From Candidatus Hydrogenedentota bacterium (GTDB lineage Bacteria; Hydrogenedentota; Hydrogenedentia; Hydrogenedentales; SLHB01), in assembly GCA_963674865.2 (NCBI GenBank), contig CAXXYE010000008.1:32001-96000 (forward strand): a stretch of DNA of 64,000 nt, in the 5' to 3' direction. Shown piece by piece: positions 56,966 through 64,000 of the stretch (position 1 is its first letter; every line of letters starts with the position of its first letter). The notes under the pieces were generated by a model that was not told the DNA's origin, searched no databases, and saw only the letters and a program-made list of their open reading frames with translations. Made by a program: the position numbers and the translations under genes.

Positions 56966-59254
56966 ATGAGCCTTCTGTTCTCAGTCGGCTACTGCATAGT
57001 ATCGGTTTTTGGGATGAGCCTGGATGAATCTCCCGCGGATGTAAAGGAGTGGGACTACCGGCCCGCGGACGGGGCCGTCGCCGAGCGGACGCCGCCGGCG
57101 TTCTCGTGGCGGCCGTGCGAAGGGGCGGAGAGCTATGTGCTCCAGATCGGCAAGGGACATGGCTTCAAGAAGCTCGTGTACGAGAAGAGCGATATCCCGT
57201 GGCCGGCCCACTGCCCGCCCGTTGTTCTCGAGCCGGGCGCCTATGTCTGGCGATATGCGGCCGTCGACGCTGCCGGGCAGAGCTCCCCCTGGAGCCATGT
57301 CCGCCGGTTTCAAATCCCCGCGGATGCCGCCGCGCTTCCGCAGCCTGAGGTGGCGGATCTGCTTCAAAGAATGCCTGAGTCGCACCCTCGCCTCTTCTTC
57401 CGGCCGGAGGACATCCCGTGTCTGAAGGAGCTTGCGCACGGCGCCCTTCACGAGCGTTGGGAGACTCTCCTCGCTAAGGCCGATGGATTGATTGACGAGC
57501 CGCCGGACACGACCGAGCCGCCCAAATACCCCGAGGGTATGGTGCGCAAGAGCGGCGAGTGGCGGGAGATCTGGTGGGGCAATCGCAGGCGGATGATCGC
57601 CGTCGTGGATGCGGCGGCGACCTTGGCCTTCGTGTATCGAATCACGGACGAGGTGGAGTACGGCGACGCCGCGCGCGACCTCCTGCTCGCCTTCGCGGCG
57701 TGGGATCCAAACGGTGCGACGAACTACCAGTACAATGATGAAGCCGCGATGCCGGCCTTATACATGGCCTCGCGGGCGTACTCGTGGGCCTATCCTGTGT
57801 TCAGCGATGAAGATCGGGCGGTGCTCGTCGAAGTGATGCGCGAGCGTGGCCGCCAGGCATTCGAGCACCTCCACGGACACCACCACCTCTGGCGGCCCTA
57901 CTCCAGCCACTCAAACCGCGCCTGGCACTTCCTGGGCGAATTGGCCATTGCTTTCCACGGAGAGATCCCCGAGGCCGGTGAGTGGCTCGACTACGCCATG
58001 ACTGTCTTCTACACGGCCTATCCCGTCTGGGGAGACGCGGACGGCGGCTGGCACGAGGGCACCGGATATTGGAGCAGCTACATCGGGCGGTTCATGTATT
58101 GGGCCTACGTCGCCAGGGCCGCCTTTGGCATCGATGTCTTCGAACGCTCGTTCTTCCGGCGGACGGGATACTACGGGATGTACGTGCTGCCGCCCGGCTC
58201 CGAGACGGGCGGATTCGGCGATCAAGCCGCGCGTGTCACTTCGGCGCGGATTGCGCCGCTCATGGCGACGCTTGCCGCGAACGCCCGGAATCCGCATTGG
58301 CAATGGTATGCGGAGGCCAACGGCGCCGAACTGCCCGGCGGCTACATCGGCTTCCTTTACGCGGCCCGCGCAAGCGGCCTCGAAGCCGAACCTCCCGCCG
58401 CACTTCCCTCGTCGGCCTGCTTCCAAGGCAATGGCCTCGCCGTCATGAACACCAACCTGCTCGACGGCAAGGAGAATGTACAGGTGCTCATGAAGAGCAG
58501 CCCCTTCGGCCGGCAGAGCCACGGCTTCAACGCGAACAATGCCTTCGTACTCAACATCGGCGGACAGCGCGCGCTGTGTTCGTCAGGACGGCGGGATATC
58601 CACGGCAGCCCGCATCATACCGAGTGGATGTGGCATAGCCGCTCGGACAACGCCATCCTCGTGAACGGCCAAGGGCAGATCAAGCACAGTGCCGCGGCCA
58701 CGGGGGAGATCAGGTTGTTCGATACCTCGCCCACTGTCGATGTGGCCGTCGGCGAGGCGGCGGCGTCCTACGAGAACCTTGAGCGCTGGACGCGCCGCAT
58801 CGTGTTCCTCAAGCCGCACGTCGTCTTGATTCACGATCTGCTCGATGCTCCCGAGCCCGCAACCTTCCAATGGACGCTTCACGCCCCCGGACGGTTTGAA
58901 CTTGGCGAGAATGCAGCCTCCTGGACGGGCGACGCGGGCCGGGTGAGCGTCCGCTTCCTTGAGCCCGGCGAGTTGGTGCTAACCCAGAACGACGTCTATG
59001 AGCCGCCCCCTGCCACATGGACTGGCTGGGACCTCGGCGAGTGGCACCTCGCGGCCGACGCCCAGGCGTGCGCGCCGCATCGGGAGTTCATTACTCTCAT
59101 CGAGGTCGATCAGGAGCAGGTGGAGGCCGATGTCGAGCGCACGATGATGGGACGGGCCAAGGTAACGATGGCATTACCTGAAGGCGAAGCAGAAGTCGTT
59201 CTCGGCAAAGAGGGATTCAAGGTGAGGTACGGGGAGTTTCGCAAGAAGTACTGA
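56966..59254 (+). CDS. DUF4962 + heparinase II/III domain polysaccharide lyase (PL15-like)
   Basis: PPAFSW, HPRLFF, YSSH, DGGWHEG..YW, FGD, SHG and SDNAILVNG motifs; SD AAGGAG. Confidence 0.82.
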   Translation: MSLLFSVGYCIVSVFGMSLDESPADVKEWDYRPADGAVAERTPPAFSWRPCEGAESYVLQIGKGHGFKKLVYEKSDIPWPAHCPPVVLEPGAYVWRYAAVDAAGQSSPWSHVRRFQIPADAAALPQPEVADLLQRMPESHPRLFFRPEDIPCLKELAHGALHERWETLLAKADGLIDEPPDTTEPPKYPEGMVRKSGEWREIWWGNRRRMIAVVDAAATLAFVYRITDEVEYGDAARDLLLAFAAWDPNGATNYQYNDEAAMPALYMASRAYSWAYPVFSDEDRAVLVEVMRERGRQAFEHLHGHHHLWRPYSSHSNRAWHFLGELAIAFHGEIPEAGEWLDYAMTVFYTAYPVWGDADGGWHEGTGYWSSYIGRFMYWAYVARAAFGIDVFERSFFRRTGYYGMYVLPPGSETGGFGDQAARVTSARIAPLMATLAANARNPHWQWYAEANGAELPGGYIGFLYAARASGLEAEPPAALPSSACFQGNGLAVMNTNLLDGKENVQVLMKSSPFGRQSHGFNANNAFVLNIGGQRALCSSGRRDIHGSPHHTEWMWHSRSDNAILVNGQGQIKHSAAATGEIRLFDTSPTVDVAVGEAAASYENLERWTRRIVFLKPHVVLIHDLLDAPEPATFQWTLHAPGRFELGENAASWTGDAGRVSVRFLEPGELVLTQNDVYEPPPATWTGWDLGEWHLAADAQACAPHREFITLIEVDQEQVEADVERTMMGRAKVTMALPEGEAEVVLGKEGFKVRYGEFRKKY

Positions 59255-59276
59255 GCCAAAAGGTATCGACGCCGCG

Positions 59277-60014
59277 CTATCGGCCTTCAACGGACAGCAT
59301 GCCGCGCTTCTTCATCGTCCTCAGCGTCAGATACACGCAGAGGCCCACGGTGAAAATGCACACCCACATGGGATCGAGTTCGAACCTGCCCAGCACGAAG
59401 AGGTCGCCCACCACCTCCAGGAAAGTGAACGTCGCGATGATGCCGAAGAAGCCGGAGTACTCGCGCTTGAGGACGGTTCTGACGGAGAAGGCCATGGAAG
59501 ATGGTTGCCAGTTGGCGAACCGCGGGAAGAAGACGGGGGTCTTTTCCGCCCATCGAAGGTACTCCTCGCCGAACTTCCCGCGAAGATAGGCTTCTTCCGC
59601 GAGGATGATGCGTTCGTAATAGAGCCAGAACGCCAGCATGTAGATGAGTGTCACCCACCACGTCCGCACAAACAGGGAGATGCCCAGTCCGATAACGAAA
59701 TTCCCGAGGTACAGCGGATTGCGCATGAGGGAGTAAATGCCCGTCGTGTTGAGTTCGTCCGCGATCTGCTCCTCGGTATTGCGGCCGGAGGTTCGTCCCG
59801 GCACGCGGCCCACGGTAAGTACGCGAACCGTCAAACCTAGGAACGCGATGGTGAGGCAGACGATCTCCCACAGATCATCGAGTAGTTCGCTTCCCGCGGG
59901 AAACGTGAATTCCCGCATGGCGAGGAGCACGACTCCCAGCATGGCCAGCGGCAGATAGCTCCGCCAGCGGAATAGCCAATTGCCTCTTCGCGCAAGTTCT
60001 TCTGCTAAGGGCAT
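59277..60014 (-). CDS. lmtA: ICMT-family methyltransferase, lipid A 1-phosphate O-methyltransferase-like
   Basis: GNWLFRWRSYLP, TSGRNT, LNTTGIYSLMRNPLYLGN, YERII.AEE.YL and VLKREY motifs. Confidence 0.8.
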   Translation of the reverse strand: MPLAEELARRGNWLFRWRSYLPLAMLGVVLLAMREFTFPAGSELLDDLWEIVCLTIAFLGLTVRVLTVGRVPGRTSGRNTEEQIADELNTTGIYSLMRNPLYLGNFVIGLGISLFVRTWWVTLIYMLAFWLYYERIILAEEAYLRGKFGEEYLRWAEKTPVFFPRFANWQPSSMAFSVRTVLKREYSGFFGIIATFTFLEVVGDLFVLGRFELDPMWVCIFTVGLCVYLTLRTMKKRGMLSVEGR

Positions 60015-60280
60015 GTGAGCCTTCCTGATGCAGCGTATGTCCCGGCACGAGGCCGCCCACCGATTCCTGTGCGGCCCGTTGTCCTGCGGGTGTTTCTATG
60101 TCCGGCGCCAAAGAGTGCCTTCGATGTCAAGCCGCCCGCTTAGTCAGTGGGATTATACATTACGTGCCCCCGTCTCGGCATAGCCCCGCCGGGAGGATAG
60201 GCCGCGCGGAACAGGGAAGAGTCTCCGGAAGGTGCTGGTACAAGTGGCCTACATAGCGGCATAGCACATGTCTCGGTGTC

Positions 60281-60309
60281 TTGCATGGCGGAAAGGCCTG
60301 CGCCATAAT
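60281..60309 (+). promoter_or_regulatory. Sigma70 promoter candidate
   Basis: TTGCAT-17 nt-CATAAT, 32 nt before the GTG at 60342. Confidence 0.55.
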
Positions 60310-60341
60310 GCCGTTGTCCGGCAGCCCGAGGGGGGAAGATT

Positions 60342-61031
60342 GTGAAAGTACACTGGATCAAGCTTGTGGCTTCAGCGATCCTCATCGCCTCTGTCAGTGC
60401 CGCCGCGAGCCATCTTGTCACTCGGCGCGTCCTTGGGGTAGGGGCGGCCTCGTCGAGTGGGGGATGGACGGATCTGGCGGATAGGTCAGATTCAGAGGGA
60501 CGAAGGTTCGCTGAAGAGACGTTCATTGATGAAAACAAGGACGGAAATTGCGAAGTGGCCATGCTGAGGGCATGGGCGCAGAAGCTGGGGTTCGACAGTC
60601 ACGTGGCCTGTTGTTGCTTCCTTTATGATCTGAACGACGACCGGACTCCCGATGGTTTGTTCTTCAGCACAAGGGGCTGGACAGGCGAACACAAGGACGC
60701 TATGTTTCTCCTACAGGACCGCGATGAAGATGGAAATCCGGACACGTGGTCCGTGAGACTCCGAGACAGCCACGGCTCTGACGCGTGGCGATACGATGAT
60801 CTCAATATGGATGGGCAATGGGAGCTGAAGTACGAATACGAATCTGACCAAATGCACCTGTTTTTTGAGGGACGGTGGTTCGACACGGCCAAGGTGGGCG
60901 AGAACTGGCTGAAAAGTGCCACTATCCTGCTGGATGGGCAAGAGGTGGAGTTGGCCTTCAAAGACGGGGCCTGGACGCCTGTTTCAGAAGAGAAGCCAGG
61001 CTCAGGCGGTGAACGGGGGGCACCCGAGTAG
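60342..61031 (+). CDS. Exported hypothetical protein with DxDxDG-like loops
   Basis: N-terminal hydrophobic segment; DENKDG, DLNDDRTPD, DRDEDGNPD and DLNMDG. Confidence 0.65.
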   Translation: MKVHWIKLVASAILIASVSAAASHLVTRRVLGVGAASSSGGWTDLADRSDSEGRRFAEETFIDENKDGNCEVAMLRAWAQKLGFDSHVACCCFLYDLNDDRTPDGLFFSTRGWTGEHKDAMFLLQDRDEDGNPDTWSVRLRDSHGSDAWRYDDLNMDGQWELKYEYESDQMHLFFEGRWFDTAKVGENWLKSATILLDGQEVELAFKDGAWTPVSEEKPGSGGERGAPE

Positions 61032-61124
61032 CGCGGCAGGGCAAGCGCTCAATGTCCTGCCCGCGCCGCACAGGCGCTGCCGTGCTTGGCTGAGTAGACA
61101 CAATTCCGCCGCCTGGAGGCCTGG

Positions 61125-62099
61125 ATGAACATCGCCCGTTGGCTTCGCGAAGCGATTCGCAGGAATATCGCACCCGGTTGCACCAGCCCGCTCAAGAAAC
61201 ACGCCATCGCCAAGCTGTTCATGTGGGAAGCGGGCGGAGTGATCTTGCTCTGGAGCATCCACATGCTGGTGGTGGGCCTCAGTGCCGTCGAAACCAGGTA
61301 CGATTATCCGGATATATTCAATCTAATCGCCATCTTGTGTACTGCGGGCCCCCCTTGTCTCTGGTTGCTGTGCGACTCAGGCCTTTCTCGGGAGGACTTG
61401 CGCCTTATCATCGGCCCGCGACCCACGAGAAGAATGTGGCTCTTCGCAATCCTCACCGCCGGCTCCACGCTATTCGCTGTGAAGGGCATTAACACCCTCG
61501 TATTCTACCTTCTTTCGGCGTCGACTCCGGCATCTGTCGAGGGCCGCTTCACTGTAAGCCAGTTAGTGTGGAAAGGCGTCGCTCCTTACCCCATCGTGCT
61601 CGGTGTCTACGTGATCGCCGTGGCGCCGTTCCTCGAGGAGCTTCTCTTTCGCGGGGTTCTACTTGCACACTGGAGCGCGAGACTCGGACTCACGTCAGCT
61701 ACACTGCTCACCACGTTTCTGTTTGCTTCCTACCATGAGCCTCCTCTTGGGCCTCTGGCGGCCCTGGTGGCGGGTTCGGCGTGCGCCGCCTTGTACGTGC
61801 GGGCCCGAACGCTGGTTATTCCCATCGCGTGTCATCTGCTATACAATCTGCTCAGTGTCGGCATACCTGTCGCGGGCTGGATGCTCGCCACCGAGAACGA
61901 GCCCATGGCAACGGCGGCGGAATACCGCCGCGTCCTACTTGTCTGCTGGATATCGTGTCTTGCGCTCGGGGTTCCCTGGTGGGCATATCTGCTGTGGTCG
62001 ATGCCGGGCGGGCGGAAAGCCTGTGCGCCATATTTCATGAACCTCACCGCAAAGAACGCCGCGGCGGAGGCGCAGCAGGCCTCGTCCAAGTCCCTGTAG
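61125..62099 (+). CDS. CPBP (Abi/CAAX) intramembrane metalloprotease
   Basis: APFLEELLFRG, FASYH and CHLLYN motifs. Confidence 0.88.
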   Translation: MNIARWLREAIRRNIAPGCTSPLKKHAIAKLFMWEAGGVILLWSIHMLVVGLSAVETRYDYPDIFNLIAILCTAGPPCLWLLCDSGLSREDLRLIIGPRPTRRMWLFAILTAGSTLFAVKGINTLVFYLLSASTPASVEGRFTVSQLVWKGVAPYPIVLGVYVIAVAPFLEELLFRGVLLAHWSARLGLTSATLLTTFLFASYHEPPLGPLAALVAGSACAALYVRARTLVIPIACHLLYNLLSVGIPVAGWMLATENEPMATAAEYRRVLLVCWISCLALGVPWWAYLLWSMPGGRKACAPYFMNLTAKNAAAEAQQASSKSL

Positions 62100-62127
62100 C
62101 CCCGGCTTCGAGCGCTAGGGAACGGGC

Positions 62128-62193
62128 GCTCGTTTCGCTAGTGCCTTTGCCCCAAATGACTTGACGCGCGGCGCAATTGGCAATCCGGCCACC
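62128..62193 (+). repeat. Dispersed repeat, copy 2
   Basis: AATGACTTGACGCGCGGCGCAATTGGC (62155-62181) is the reverse complement of 38037-38063. Confidence 0.8.
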
Positions 62194-62285
62194 TTCCTTG
62201 AAAGGCCTGATTGAGGGTGCTACCTTTCGTGTCGGGCTGTCCTTTTCTTGAGGATGGTTCATCATTCGGTGTTAAGTTGGTGTTC

Positions 62286-62441
62286 TGACTCATAGATGAC
62301 GGCGCTTATCTGCAGATGAAGAAGCGTCAGGAGGAAGCGAAGAACGGGGACTGACGCAAGCGGAGCGAAGCGACGACGTGTCTGTCCCTGCTTTTCGCCC
62401 TGTCTTTCGAGGCAAGAACAAGACGCCATCAGAGTGAGTCA
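62286..62441. repeat. Long imperfect palindromic element (REPIN/MITE-like or structured leader)
   Basis: Outer TGACTCA/TGAGTCA, then GGCG/CGCC, GCGAAGA/TTTTCGC, and inner GGGACTGACGC/GTGTCTGTCCC. Confidence 0.55.
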
Positions 62442-62462
62442 TATCACTGGGAGAAGTGCGCG

Positions 62463-64000
62463 ATGGGTGTTTTCTCGGAATATGACCTGGGCCAAACCGT
62501 CCTGATCGGAAGCGGGGCCGTCGGGACGTGCCTGCGCCGGAGAGGCGGCGCAACGGATGAGCCCGTTGAACTCCTCAACCTTCGGCAACCTGAGGTCGTG
62601 AAGGAACTCCACGTTGCGTACCGGGAGGCGGGGTCGCAAATCCTTGTGGCGAATACCTTTGCGGCCCATCCTGTCGCTCTTGAGGATGCCGGCGTCAGCG
62701 ACCTCTGCGGTGAAGTGAATCGCGCCGGGGTCGCCTTGGCACGCGAGGCGGCCGATGGGGCGTGCATGGTATGGGCCTCCGTCGGCCCGCTGAGGCTGGG
62801 GCCTGCGGCTGGACGATTTCCAGGATGACGAGTTGCTGCGGTTCTATCGCGAGCAATGCGCCCATTTGGCGGGCGCCGACGCCTTGTTGCTGGAAACCTT
62901 CGAGGATCTGCGCGAGGCGCGCGCCGCGCTCGAAGCGGCCGCCGGGACGGGGCTGCCCATTGTGTTCCAGGTCGGCAACACCGGCGGCGGGCCGAGAAAA
63001 TGGGAGCGCATCGACGCGCTCTTGTCCGAGGCCCACCGGGCGGGCGCCGCGGCCGTGGGGACGAACTGCCGGCACCCAGACGACATTGTCCCGGTGGCGT
63101 CGTACATCGCGGCCCATACCAACCTTCCCGTCACGGCCTCACCGAACGCCGGCCATCCGCGCATCGAGCGCGGCCTGGTGACGTATGAGTTCACGCCGGA
63201 CGAACTCGCCGACGTGGGCGCCCGGCTGGCCGCCGTCGGCGTGGCAGTCGTTGGCGGCTGTTGCGGCACCACGCCGGAGCACGTCCGCCGCTTGGCGCAG
63301 GCCTTGGGCGGGCGGCCCGTCGTGCCCCGCCAACGCATCGAGGCCCCCGCCCCAAGCGTCTCGCGTGTTCCCGAAGCGGAAGGGGTGCGGCCGAATCCCG
63401 TCCGCGACCTTATCCGCTCGTCTCGCTTTGTCATCAGCGTCGAGATACGGGCCGATCGAATGCGGCCCGTCGAGGCGATTGTTAAGGGCGCCTCAGAGAT
63501 CGCCGAGGCCGGGGCGGACATGTTCGATGTGCCCGACAATCCAGGCGCGACGGTCGGCCGCGACGCCATGGTAACGGCCGCGAGGCTTCAGGAAACCCTG
63601 GCCTTGCCGGCCATTGCCCACACGTCCGTTACGCAAGCGAATCTTATGAAGCTCCACTCGCTCCTTATCGGGTCGTGGGACCTCGGACTGCGCGGCCTGC
63701 TGGCCATCACCGGCGACGCCCCGTCCATGGGACATCTCGGCAACCTGGCCCACCGCGTCGGCGACCTGAGGAGTTCAGTCGAGCTTCTCCGGCTCATCGG
63801 GCGGCTTCGGGAGGGGACGATCATCAACGGCGAGGAAGTCGCCGACCCGCCCGATTTCTGCGCCGGGTGCGCCGTCGGACAAGGCACACCCGCCCAGGTG
63901 AGGTGGCTCGAGAAGAAGGTGGATGCCGGCGCCGAGTTCATCTTTTCGCAGCCCGTGTTCACCCTCGACGACTATCAGCGGCTGCGCGATGCCGTGGCCG
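62463..64000 (+). CDS. yitJ: Bifunctional homocysteine S-methyltransferase / methylenetetrahydrofolate reductase; apparent +1 frameshift at G4 62798-62801; runs off window
   Basis: GAVGT, AYREAGSQILVANTF and ASVGP. After removing one G: LLLETF, VGTNC, PNAG, GGCCGTTPEH, then MTHFR motifs VPDNP, LAITGD and KKVDAGAEFIFSQP. Confidence 0.88.

Noticed and set aside
62200..62462. SAM-I/S-box riboswitch before yitJ
   Set aside because: I could not find the conserved core sequences by eye.
62629..62667. Palindrome GGGTCGCAAA...TTTGCGGCCC
   Set aside because: It lies within conserved coding sequence (AGSQILVANTFAAH) and is probably coincidental.
1..64000. CRISPR array, tRNA/rRNA, IS transposase, reverse transcriptase/DGR, integron cassettes, intergenic sigma54 promoter
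   Set aside because: None found on manual reading. This was not a computational scan, so short elements could have been missed.

Overview
GC-rich bacterial chromosomal window (roughly 60-65% GC by eye), densely coding, with about 52 CDS. I saw no rRNA, tRNA, CRISPR array, integrase or transposase. The content points to a diderm, carbohydrate-degrading bacterium; Hydrogenedentota/PVC-like is a guess only. Left to right: partial cation:proton antiporter, metallophosphoesterase, glutaminyl cyclase lipoprotein, a CHASE4-HAMP-PAS kinase with an NtrC-like regulator whose AAA+ domain is degenerate, a sugar-catabolic run (melA etc.), an archease-rtcB pair, and a surface-glycan locus (DegT, arylsulfotransferase, bi-domain oxidoreductase, heparinase II/III-like, GT4, wecB, O-antigen-ligase/TPR) interrupted by an orphan phage-tail-fibre-like gene plus a small partner. 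Then a class V aminotransferase with serA, deacetylases, an ECF sigma/anti-sigma pair, rpsF-ssb-rpsR-DUF2232-rplI-dnaB-dapA-dapB, an MtaA-like protein, a sulfatase, pfkA, a DUF4962/heparinase-like lyase, an lmtA-like gene, a CPBP protease and a frameshifted yitJ-like gene. Best leads: (1) the orphan tail-fibre cassette in the glycan locus; (2) DnaB ending in an SSB-tip mimic (DDDVPF); (3) the GAFTGA-less, Walker-B-mutant enhancer-binding protein; (4) a possible Q-rule pyroglutamate capping system; (5) a 27-bp exact dispersed upstream repeat and long palindromic intergenic elements. All product calls come from motif recognition, not database searches.
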